The notes under the pieces were generated by a model. The model saw only the letters and a program-made list of their open reading frames with translations. It was not told the DNA's origin and searched no databases. A stretch of 64,000 nt of DNA, taken from IMG/VR virus record IMGVR_UViG_3300042884_001120, positions 32,001-96,000 of that record. One strand, given 5' to 3'. Each line of letters opens with the position of its first letter. The first letter of the stretch is position 1. The stretch comes from a virus. Positions 46,244 to 55,748 of the stretch are shown here, one piece after another. Position numbers and translations under genes: made by a program.

Positions 46244-47071
46244 TTAATAATCATAGTAATAAATGCCCAAACACGGCGGTATTGGCTTTGGAGGAGAACC
46301 GCTAGATTGTGGCGTACTAGTTAATAATAAGCCATGTGGATAATTTATATCAATATCCCTTACTCCAGTTAAACCTGTTGGGAACGGGTTTGGGAAAAGG
46401 CCTTCCTCACCACCCCATATCTGAATACCTGAACCTGCTCCACTATGAAAAGTAACTGTACAGTAATCATCTGCATAGATATCATAAATATCTGCTAAAA
46501 CTGTTGGAAAACTTAATTGACCATAGCTATCGTCTCCCCATCCAGTAATAGTATTATCATTTAACAATGCCACCGCGTGTGTCCATCCAGCCGAGATTTT
46601 TTTTACGCCAGTTAATGAATCACCTCCATATACTCGATTATAATAATCTATTCCCCATCCAGTTATTTTATTTTGTAATGTAATTGCCAATCCGTAGTAT
46701 GAATTTACTGATATAGATTTTATTCCAGTTAGCTTCGGTACAATTTTTTCAGAATACATTTGCCCACAACCAGTTACAGTACTATTGCTATCTAGAATGT
46801 AAGTAGTGTATTGATCCACCGCTATATCAACAGCTGGATAACTAAAATTTGGAATATTTTTTTGTCCAAAATCTGAATCTCCAGTTCCCCAAGCCAGTAC
46901 TTGTCCATTGTCAGTAAGCGCAATAGCGTGTTCTATTCCAGCGGCCACTTTTTTTACATTGTATAGCCCACTAGCAAAATTAAATTTTTCTATAAATTTA
47001 CCTCCGTTTGGTAAATCCAAAGTCTTATTGCTATTATTTCCCCAACCTATTGCTTGTGTTGTTATAATCAT
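46244..47071 (-). CDS. RCC1/BLIP-II repeat beta-propeller protein
   Basis: VKKVAAGIEHAIALTDNGQVLAWG...FGQ; VKKISAGWTHAVALLNDNTITGWGDDSYGQL. Confidence 0.9.
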   Translation of the reverse strand: MIITTQAIGWGNNSNKTLDLPNGGKFIEKFNFASGLYNVKKVAAGIEHAIALTDNGQVLAWGTGDSDFGQKNIPNFSYPAVDIAVDQYTTYILDSNSTVTGCGQMYSEKIVPKLTGIKSISVNSYYGLAITLQNKITGWGIDYYNRVYGGDSLTGVKKISAGWTHAVALLNDNTITGWGDDSYGQLSFPTVLADIYDIYADDYCTVTFHSGAGSGIQIWGGEEGLFPNPFPTGLTGVRDIDINYPHGLLLTSTPQSSGSPPKPIPPCLGIYYYDY

Positions 47072-47074
47072 ATA

Positions 47075-50000
47075 TTATGGACATGGGCACCAATCGCCAC
47101 CACAGTCTAATGGTGCGTTTCGAGTTAAAACTGAGCTACCGATTACTAGCGAGGCGCCAGCTGCGGCCTCTTCGCCTTGTAGTTTTTTATTGCTAGCATA
47201 AACTCTAGTATTAGATGCATCAAAAGCCTGCGCTTCGACACTAGCATAAGTCGGTGTCCATAGCGGCATTGGACTAGGCCAAGATACGGTAATGGTATCT
47301 TCCGGCCCATTTAAGGTGCCGACTAATACTGGAGCACATCCAGCAGCTGCCGAATTTCCCGGTGCGGAGGCATACCCACCAGTTCTATAAACTCTTACAG
47401 GATAAGCAATCTCGTCACAACCTGCCGGTGATGATGGGTATGGAACCAATTCGACATCAACCACGCGCTCATGTGGTCTCCAATAACCGCCATCTCTATC
47501 AAATACACCGTCGGGACAGTTCGAGTCTAATGGTATGTCAAATTTACTAAAAGCAAAATTTCCTCGATGTACTATTAACTGTAAAGTTCCTCTTGAAGAT
47601 GGTTTTATAAAAGACACTGGATATCTATATATAAAACTAAAATTATTATTAGTTCTTGTTATAAGTGACTGCATCCCGCCATTTCTTCTATCATAAACAA
47701 TTCTTCCGCCATTAACTAGGTAAACTCTATAATCCACACTAGGATCACCCCCCATAATCTCTCCATCAATAACCCATGTACTACCACAAACATTAGAGTT
47801 CTCACAACAATATGCTTGAGATAGATTTACTCCATATTCAAACGGTGTACCTCGACCATTTATGGTGGGAAATTCTGGACACTCTCTAGGTGGTGGTGTG
47901 GGTCGTGGCGGATATACGGTTGGTGGAGGATTAAATACGTTGTCACAATCCGGACATTGTGGCGGTTCTGGCGGTTCTGGCGGTTCTGGTGGTTCTGGAG
48001 GCTGTGGCGGCTCTGGAGGCTCTGGAGGCTGTGGTGGTTCTGGGGGTTCTGGCGGTTCTGGTGGCTGAGGCGGAGGGGGCAATATATTTGGATCTATAAG
48101 CTTAAAATCTATAAAAGAACTATTATTGTAAGGATACACCACCTCGTTAACTGGTGTTACAGTTTTTGAGCAATTGCCGGACTCATCATCATATAGTGAA
48201 AAGGTAGCTGTTGTTCTTGCATAATTAACCGAAGGATGTTCAAATATATTACCAAGTTTATAATTTGTATTAACTTGAAGGGATAAGGTTCCATTGCTAG
48301 TTTTTTCGTATTTACTGTTTGGGTAAACTGGTATAGCAAAATACTTAACGCTTTCATTAGGTTTTAGTATATAATCAAATATAAAACCACTAATTCTATT
48401 TTCATCTGAAAGATAGGGCAAATTATTATTTGTATTTTGAAATTGGGCAACCAATGTTCCACTTTGCGTATAATTTGTATATCCAGTTCTATTAACTTGA
48501 AAAGCAATATATTGATCTTTCTCGCATCCAGTATAGTCGCTATGACTCAAATAAATATTAGAAGACATTTGGCTTGGCACTATATTTTTAGATCTTAATT
48601 CTAAAGTATGATAACCAGTAGAAAAATTTTGAGTAACATTTAATCCACCAGTTTGTCCTAATAAATTGTTATTATAATTTATGTAATACCCACCACTCCA
48701 CTGCGTACCAGTTCTCGTTTTTTCATAAAAAACATTTCCAAAACCTGTTTTAACAACTATTTCAGATGGTGCCACTTTATACAATATATTTTTATTATAA
48801 AATACACCCGTAGTACCAGTAAAAAACCCCAAAACCCCACTAACGTTCATACCAGAATAAACGCCGGAAGATATAAAATAACCTGTTTCAAAATTTAAAT
48901 AATTCAATTTATAGAAATTAGCATATAGCATTTCTCCAGTTGTTACTGATTTGAAATTAAATGACAATGGATATTGTATATAACTTTTACCTGTAATTTT
49001 AAAATTAACACTAGTATAATCTTCATCATCAAATAAATTATACTTACCAGATACGTATGTTATGTTTTGATATTGGGAAACTTTCTTATAGCCAGTTTCT
49101 TCCGTTGTTAATAATGGCTGTTTCCAACCTAGAAAATCTATTCCATAGCCTGAAATTTTGCTATTATCTTTTGATATATAACCACCGGTAAAATATGGTT
49201 TTTGATATATATTATCATATACACCACTAGTCCCGCCTATGGTTGTTCTTTTATATTGATAACCACCAATTCCAGTATTTTTTTCATAAACAAATTCACC
49301 GCTATCAACAGGTAAATTATATAATTTAACTATAGGTGTAAAAACTCCAGTTTCATCTTCCAAAGAAATGGAGTTAGGTATTCCAGTTACAGGAATTTCA
49401 AAATCTAAATCTATTTCGTCACATCCAGCAAAACTTTTTCCAGTGGATATTATTTGTGAAATTATACCTGTTGTGAACTTAGTTTCATCAAACTTATCTT
49501 TAATTGGATTAAAATTTTCTATTAAATTAGTATTCCCACTAACCATTCCACTAAATGGCCTTGAAAATACATAATAACCGGGTTCATATATTGAACCGAA
49601 GTCGCCCATAAACTTGCCAGAAAGCCTTTCTCCAGTTGCAAAACCATATCCAATTAGGCGAATTTTATCTGTAAAATTTCCAGTAACAAATATTGTTGGA
49701 CTGGTTAAATTAATAATTTCCAAATCCTTGGAAGCAAAATCACCAGTAATTTTTCCAGTATATGGCACGAATCCATTGAAATTACCACCACTAGATATAA
49801 TTCCATATACAAACTGATTAAATATAACTCCAGAAGCGTTACCAGTAATATTGCCACCAGTAACATTGCCACCTAAATAAGAAATGTATCCACTATAATT
49901 TATATTATTTGAATAGCCAGTTGCTAATAGGTCAGTAGTTCCTTGTATATCACCAATACCAGTAGCCAATGTACTATAAAAACCACTTACAATCTTATCA

Positions 50001-50992
50001 TCCGATATTTTATATAAAGAACCTAATCCGGTTCCAGTTCCAAATTCGTATTGTGAATTTAGCGCGTTTAAACCACTTAATAATCCAGTTATATTTCCAG
50101 ATAAATACCCAGTACCAGAAATAAATCCTGATACTATTCCAGAATTTTGAAATCCAGTAGACTCTACATTTCTATAATAATTTCCAGTTATTCCGCTAAC
50201 GTAATTCAAACCTATACTTAAATCAACACCAGAAGGATTTCTGAAAGATATATTATATAAATTATAGTTATTATTATAAATCGTATCATTTTCTGGCCCA
50301 AACGTAAGATAATATAAATCATCAGTAATTAGTCTACCAGAAATTTGAACGTATAAATCTTTTTTACCAATATCGCTATATATTGATATAGGTATATCTT
50401 GTGTTGCGGTATTGCCAGTTAACGAATTAACAATAAAGAAAGATGCGTTACCGTTAGCTGGAACAACTAAATTTGTTGCACCACTTAATGTAAAATTTCT
50501 ATTATTTGTACTGCCAGAAAATATAGTAAATGGACTAGATCCACTATTATATATAGTAAATGGAACTATCTCTCCAGCATAGAATACCAAGAATGGATTG
50601 TATGAAGTTTGTGGCGTTTTTCCTAAAATTGTTAAATTATTTAAATTAACACATTGTCCACTAACATCTTTAAGAACCACCTTATTCAGATCGCCAGTAG
50701 TATTTCTCTCTAAACCCAAATATAAAGGTATGTTATTTTTATATAAATCTAATGTTTTTGTACCAATATTTCCGGATAACCCCAAAATTTCATTGTTCAG
50801 ATATGAACCAACTACTTCGTTCTTTGGCGAAAGAATCTTACCATTATGAAGAGTAAATATATTACAATTACCACCGATCCCAGAAAAAGATGCCGAAAAT
50901 TTTCCATAAGTGTTTGCAATTTCATATGAAGAACTCCAATTTATACTTTTTTGTGGATAGATTGTCCTATACCTTTCACCTGTAATTACCAT
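47075..50992 (-). CDS. large TG/SG-rich virion protein with Calx-beta-like domain, Pro-rich linker and Cys-containing C-terminal domain
   Basis: Y...E....F.V.RTG...PNES.K...I.V..N..YE...L...TAT..LYDDE (Calx-beta-like); PPEPPEPPQ repeats. Confidence 0.78.
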   Translation of the reverse strand: MVITGERYRTIYPQKSINWSSSYEIANTYGKFSASFSGIGGNCNIFTLHNGKILSPKNEVVGSYLNNEILGLSGNIGTKTLDLYKNNIPLYLGLERNTTGDLNKVVLKDVSGQCVNLNNLTILGKTPQTSYNPFLVFYAGEIVPFTIYNSGSSPFTIFSGSTNNRNFTLSGATNLVVPANGNASFFIVNSLTGNTATQDIPISIYSDIGKKDLYVQISGRLITDDLYYLTFGPENDTIYNNNYNLYNISFRNPSGVDLSIGLNYVSGITGNYYRNVESTGFQNSGIVSGFISGTGYLSGNITGLLSGLNALNSQYEFGTGTGLGSLYKISDDKIVSGFYSTLATGIGDIQGTTDLLATGYSNNINYSGYISYLGGNVTGGNITGNASGVIFNQFVYGIISSGGNFNGFVPYTGKITGDFASKDLEIINLTSPTIFVTGNFTDKIRLIGYGFATGERLSGKFMGDFGSIYEPGYYVFSRPFSGMVSGNTNLIENFNPIKDKFDETKFTTGIISQIISTGKSFAGCDEIDLDFEIPVTGIPNSISLEDETGVFTPIVKLYNLPVDSGEFVYEKNTGIGGYQYKRTTIGGTSGVYDNIYQKPYFTGGYISKDNSKISGYGIDFLGWKQPLLTTEETGYKKVSQYQNITYVSGKYNLFDDEDYTSVNFKITGKSYIQYPLSFNFKSVTTGEMLYANFYKLNYLNFETGYFISSGVYSGMNVSGVLGFFTGTTGVFYNKNILYKVAPSEIVVKTGFGNVFYEKTRTGTQWSGGYYINYNNNLLGQTGGLNVTQNFSTGYHTLELRSKNIVPSQMSSNIYLSHSDYTGCEKDQYIAFQVNRTGYTNYTQSGTLVAQFQNTNNNLPYLSDENRISGFIFDYILKPNESVKYFAIPVYPNSKYEKTSNGTLSLQVNTNYKLGNIFEHPSVNYARTTATFSLYDDESGNCSKTVTPVNEVVYPYNNSSFIDFKLIDPNILPPPPQPPEPPEPPEPPQPPEPPEPPQPPEPPEPPEPPEPPQCPDCDNVFNPPPTVYPPRPTPPPRECPEFPTINGRGTPFEYGVNLSQAYCCENSNVCGSTWVIDGEIMGGDPSVDYRVYLVNGGRIVYDRRNGGMQSLITRTNNNFSFIYRYPVSFIKPSSRGTLQLIVHRGNFAFSKFDIPLDSNCPDGVFDRDGGYWRPHERVVDVELVPYPSSPAGCDEIAYPVRVYRTGGYASAPGNSAAAGCAPVLVGTLNGPEDTITVSWPSPMPLWTPTYASVEAQAFDASNTRVYASNKKLQGEEAAAGASLVIGSSVLTRNAPLDCGGDWCPCP
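47961..48080 (-). repeat. 9-nt tandem coding repeat (PPE/PPQ)n
   Basis: ggcggttct / ggaggctgt / ggtggttct units on the + strand. Confidence 0.9.
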
Positions 50993-51010
50993 AATAATTA
51001 TTTACACTTT

Positions 51011-53599
51011 TTATATACCCGAATCTTTTAAGAAATTTATTTCGTTTGTTGTGGGCATATTACCATTCAGACTACCAACTGGTCTAATTTTGTCTATTAG
51101 GTTCTGCATTATATACTCATCACTTGGTGGTTGTACAACCTTATCTTCAAATGAATAAGAAGTATATATACCATTATCTGACACAGTTATCTGTATAGAA
51201 GAGAGCCCGTCACTAACATTATACTGAACTGGCATTAAACCAGCTACTTTAAATGACGCTGTTTTTTGCACTTCTATCATTTCATAGCTAGAGTTATCAT
51301 AAATAGAATCTACATAATTTTTAATATCCCCTTCTGGTATTATACAATTTTGCGAATTACCTCTTACTAAATTTAAGTTATCTTCTCTAATTTCTTTAAA
51401 ATTATAATCAATTTGTGCTACATTAGTACTACTAATATCTCTAGTTATAGTATATTGAATTTTTGGTATTACTTTTGAGAAACTTGCGGAAGCGCGTATA
51501 TGAATATCATATCCCGCATCTCCATCATTAAAATTACTTAAATCACTCAAACATTGCGATGGGGTAAATATTTCCATGCCCGGCAGCGTAATTTTGGCAC
51601 ACTGATTACTTTTTAATCCATACTTACCCAGAACCTTGCTTACTTGATCGCCATTTGTAGATTCAATAGACTCTACCTTATCTGTTTGGGCCGGAGTATC
51701 TAATGGGTGCGCCGATGCACCAATTTTTACTGAAAAATCATTTAATTCTCTGGCAAAAAATAATTTAATATTTGTATTTTGCCTTGCTTCGGGAAACAGT
51801 CTGAAAAGAAAGTTAGGTCTTCCTTCAGTATTCCCAAAAACTTTTGGCAAATGCTCCTCGTACCATTTGAAAAGCGAATCGTAATATTTTAAGTCATCGC
51901 CACTTGGACTCCATTTAGCATCTCTATTTAACAATAAAAAAGAACTACTTGCACGAATTTTTTTATCTTTATCGCCACCATTCGCCTGAGTAAATGGATC
52001 TTGATTTTGCTGTTGATCTGACTTTAAATCGTTCTTTAACCCAGCAACTAAAGAACCAGACTGGTGCCCAAAATTAAAAATATCTAATCCATTAAGATCT
52101 TGACGCGCTGGATACCATTGAACGCCGCCATCTGGACTCTCCGCGTCTATCTGAGTTCTACTATTACTCGCTCCGGGTACTGGGGTATTAAATTTTTTAT
52201 GCCAGAATTTACCCAAAAAATTCTTAGCCATATACTCAGCATCTGAAAACTGCTTTTCAGCTAACTCTTCATTTACTTCGGCAACAAAAAAGTAATAAGA
52301 CGGGTTAGTAAGCGGATCTCTATTGTTTTTCTTGTCAAAATCCTGAAGATTTTTTAAATCTTCTTTTGCTAGCTTTTTTTTGCACGACACGAAATTAGCA
52401 CTACCATTAACAGCAGAATATACATCAAGTATTTTCATATTGCCAAACTGACTCAATATCTTGTTCTGCTGAGATGGTAACTCTTGACTATCTTCGCCTT
52501 TTTGTATTTTATAGTAATTATTGGCTGTATCGGCATTTAATATTGCGTAATAACGAAACCAAACAAAGGCATCTCTTACAGATCTGCCATAATACGATAA
52601 TGCCGCCTCAAGTTCTTTTAATTTTATAAACTCAGTCCCATTCGGGTTTTCTTCGCTATAAACACTAGGATCTAATAGATCCTTCATAGTTAAGCACTTT
52701 AAATTTTGGAAAGATTGGCTTTGAGATAATTCGCATGGATAGTTTTTTACAAGGCCTTCTTTTGCAAAGTAACCTAATAAACCCCTACTAAATGTATTTT
52801 GTTTACTACCACCATATTGCAAATCAATAACATTACTAATTCCTTCTAACTCCGAAATTGCGGGAATTTTTAATGGGTGTTTTCTATCTACAAAAAACAA
52901 CTTATTAACTATTGGGTCCCAATAATAAGCCAATCCCAAATCAGAACACCATGCGCCTAAAACATCCTTTAGTTTTCCAGTATGTTGGGCACGAAACCTA
53001 TTATTAATATTAGATGGCGCATCGTAGGAGAGTGGTAATTTACCTAATAAATCATTGAATGTATAATATACATCCAAGATTTGAAAATCTGCTAAAGACT
53101 GATCACAGGTACTTTGATATTTATTTTCTGGAGTATTGGGGCATGGATCACAAGGGTCTATAATAGTTTCATTAAGTTCTTGATAACTTACAGTAGAATC
53201 ATAATTTTTATCGCATGGATGATACTCTTTTCCAACAATAATCAAATTCTTTGCACCACCGCTCTGAAGGCCATGTCTTTTATAAAGGCCAACATACCAT
53301 CTATCTAAATCTGCACTTTTATCTACATACTTTAAATTTAGTATTTTTTGATCTGGTGATTTGCTTATATCATAACTAACTAAATAACCATTAAAAACAA
53401 AAGAACCTATGCTAACTTTAGCAGTATCTTCGAAAGTTAGCTCGTTATCAATATCTGGATACCGACCATTTTCACTCACTACGCTAACAGATAGTGTAGA
53501 TGGTGATGATCCATCATTAAAATCCCAAGATATATTATAGGGTAGCCCCCCATAAAAATTTCCCTTGATATCACTAACTGTAAGAATTTTTGTAGGCAT
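51011..53599 (-). CDS. putative tail tip/baseplate hub protein
   Basis: 862 aa downstream of the tape measure. Resembles a hub (F.GYL.SY..., G.L.DVL..WC.DLG..YYWD); inferred mainly from synteny. Confidence 0.55.
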   Translation of the reverse strand: MPTKILTVSDIKGNFYGGLPYNISWDFNDGSSPSTLSVSVVSENGRYPDIDNELTFEDTAKVSIGSFVFNGYLVSYDISKSPDQKILNLKYVDKSADLDRWYVGLYKRHGLQSGGAKNLIIVGKEYHPCDKNYDSTVSYQELNETIIDPCDPCPNTPENKYQSTCDQSLADFQILDVYYTFNDLLGKLPLSYDAPSNINNRFRAQHTGKLKDVLGAWCSDLGLAYYWDPIVNKLFFVDRKHPLKIPAISELEGISNVIDLQYGGSKQNTFSRGLLGYFAKEGLVKNYPCELSQSQSFQNLKCLTMKDLLDPSVYSEENPNGTEFIKLKELEAALSYYGRSVRDAFVWFRYYAILNADTANNYYKIQKGEDSQELPSQQNKILSQFGNMKILDVYSAVNGSANFVSCKKKLAKEDLKNLQDFDKKNNRDPLTNPSYYFFVAEVNEELAEKQFSDAEYMAKNFLGKFWHKKFNTPVPGASNSRTQIDAESPDGGVQWYPARQDLNGLDIFNFGHQSGSLVAGLKNDLKSDQQQNQDPFTQANGGDKDKKIRASSSFLLLNRDAKWSPSGDDLKYYDSLFKWYEEHLPKVFGNTEGRPNFLFRLFPEARQNTNIKLFFARELNDFSVKIGASAHPLDTPAQTDKVESIESTNGDQVSKVLGKYGLKSNQCAKITLPGMEIFTPSQCLSDLSNFNDGDAGYDIHIRASASFSKVIPKIQYTITRDISSTNVAQIDYNFKEIREDNLNLVRGNSQNCIIPEGDIKNYVDSIYDNSSYEMIEVQKTASFKVAGLMPVQYNVSDGLSSIQITVSDNGIYTSYSFEDKVVQPPSDEYIMQNLIDKIRPVGSLNGNMPTTNEINFLKDSGI

Positions 53600-53603
53600 T
53601 TTG

Positions 53604-55748
53604 TTAAAAAAGGTCGTTATTATTATATAATATATCAGAATTTATATCAAAAATACCGCTTCCAGCATTACTGTCAAAATTCGGCAATTCTAAATAATCT
53701 ACCCCAACATTTAAACGTTTTCCAGACAAATATACTTCCGAATAGTTAGTATAATATCTATTTTCAGCTTTAATTAAATTACTATTTCCAGTGATATTAT
53801 AATCAAATATGGCTGGCAGTAATAACAAATCTCCAGATCCGTAAGAAAAAATCCCATTATATTCATCAAAATATAAACCCGATGGGGTTACAGCGTAATC
53901 ACAATTAATTCCAATATTTTCAATTTTTCCAGAAATCATTTTCCTGCCAGAAAAGAATAGCCTACTATTGGTTGGCCAATCAAGAATAAATCCAACTCCA
54001 GATGGATAATAACCAGAAGCCATACAGCCCGAAGAATTAATTAATCTATATGTAACCCAAGACCATATGTTTAGCGAAGAACCATTACCAATTGCTCTTA
54101 TTTTACTAAAATTATTATTCAATCTAGGTATAATACTTGAATATCCACCAGATATATTATTAATTAATGCTATATTAATCCCACTTTCAAGTCCACTTAT
54201 CTCACTTAAAATTTGTAAAGATACTGACCCAACCCCAGCGCCACTAGCATATATAAATATTAAGGAACTTTCCCCTGAAGATACGTCAACCCAATCACCA
54301 GTAAAATCTACTGACTGTCCAGTTGCTAAAAATCCAGTTTTTATTTCTGCAGATTCAGAATAACAGCCGCCCAAACTAAAATCTTTTATATATAAATTAG
54401 TATTATAAGCGTTTTCAACGCTATCAATTATAACCATGTCATTATCACTAGAATTACTACTAAAAAATACTTCATTTCTAGAATTAACCAAATAATCATT
54501 TGATATATTATTTTTTATGTCATATACAGAACCACTTGTAATATTTATTCCAGAAATTTTTGCCAATCCATTTTTTGAAATATAGTAAAAATAATTAGCA
54601 TCATAATTATTAAAAAAAGAGTTTTTGACATAGTCATATTGGCCCTTTAAATTTGTTCTATATGTATAATCATAATTGCCGGTTGGAACGCTTATATCAA
54701 CAACCGCATTATCTTGCATATTGTTTAATATATTTATTTTTGATCTACCAAAAGAATTGACAAAATTACTGTTAAAAACAACATATCCACCACTATATCC
54801 AGTTGACTCAATCACCCTTTGTCCAGAAAGAGGAATTATTCCAGTACCATATTCTGTACCAGTAAGTGCTATTTGGGAATAGCCAGTATACTCAATACCA
54901 AAATCATCAATAAGAACACCAGTAGCAATAATTGAATAACCAGTTATATTAGAATAATACTCAGTTATGCCAGTAGAATATCCAGTTATTTCATTAATAG
55001 TGACCTGTTCGACATAGGGAGTATCTGGTATAAAACTATGTGCAAAACCAGTATTTAAGTATACAATATCATTTAGATATACATAAGGACTAAACAGCAT
55101 AAACTGCTGCATATAGCCAGTGAATCTTTTATTATAGTTATAACTATTTACTACATTGGTATTATAACCTAAGTATATATTTTTAGGATCAAAAATATAA
55201 TTACCATCAATTAAAAAATTATTCGAATTTAGTTTGTTATAAAAATAATTATAATCACCAAATGAAATTTTATTATTGGTTACCGTTAAATATACAGAAC
55301 CCTTATCCGATAGCGTGGAACTAGAAGTGAAAACCTGAGGGCCATTATTTGTATAATATTCGAAATATAAAGCGTTATTAGCAGTGAAACCAAATTCAAA
55401 GCCCTTGTAATAGAATCCCGAGCCGTTATTTCCGGTATCTACTGTTGATATTAAAGTGCCTCCTCCACTAGCCAAATTTTCATAAACTACTACATAAGTA
55501 CTATCTGATAAATTAATATCATTTCCAGTATTTGTTATCTTAACAGAATTACCAGAAAAAAATCCATTTCCAGAATTATTCCAGAAACCATTTAATGTGG
55601 GAACTATCTGTCCGCTAACTTCCGCACCAATTCCACTAATATTAGTAATAGAATTTCCAGTTAAATTAAAATCAAAAAACACCCTGCAATTATCATTTGC
55701 AACGCTATTATATAAGTTTAAAAAATATGGAACTGAGTGATTTGACAT
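53604..55748 (-). CDS. TG/SG-rich virion protein with N-terminal LamG-like domain
   Basis: GGTLIST...FEFG..ANN.LYFEY...IYLG...FTGYMQQFMLF; internal module paralogous to 544..888. Confidence 0.7.
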   Translation of the reverse strand: MSNHSVPYFLNLYNSVANDNCRVFFDFNLTGNSITNISGIGAEVSGQIVPTLNGFWNNSGNGFFSGNSVKITNTGNDINLSDSTYVVVYENLASGGGTLISTVDTGNNGSGFYYKGFEFGFTANNALYFEYYTNNGPQVFTSSSTLSDKGSVYLTVTNNKISFGDYNYFYNKLNSNNFLIDGNYIFDPKNIYLGYNTNVVNSYNYNKRFTGYMQQFMLFSPYVYLNDIVYLNTGFAHSFIPDTPYVEQVTINEITGYSTGITEYYSNITGYSIIATGVLIDDFGIEYTGYSQIALTGTEYGTGIIPLSGQRVIESTGYSGGYVVFNSNFVNSFGRSKINILNNMQDNAVVDISVPTGNYDYTYRTNLKGQYDYVKNSFFNNYDANYFYYISKNGLAKISGINITSGSVYDIKNNISNDYLVNSRNEVFFSSNSSDNDMVIIDSVENAYNTNLYIKDFSLGGCYSESAEIKTGFLATGQSVDFTGDWVDVSSGESSLIFIYASGAGVGSVSLQILSEISGLESGINIALINNISGGYSSIIPRLNNNFSKIRAIGNGSSLNIWSWVTYRLINSSGCMASGYYPSGVGFILDWPTNSRLFFSGRKMISGKIENIGINCDYAVTPSGLYFDEYNGIFSYGSGDLLLLPAIFDYNITGNSNLIKAENRYYTNYSEVYLSGKRLNVGVDYLELPNFDSNAGSGIFDINSDILYNNNDLF

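Noticed and set aside
47862-48169. Gly-Ser and Trp-Arg repeat ORFs on the + strand
   Set aside because: Antisense shadows of the PPE/PPQ coding repeat.
41697-50992. Diversity-generating retroelement acting on RCC1 or tail genes
   Set aside because: No reverse transcriptase and no template/variable repeat pair was seen in the window.
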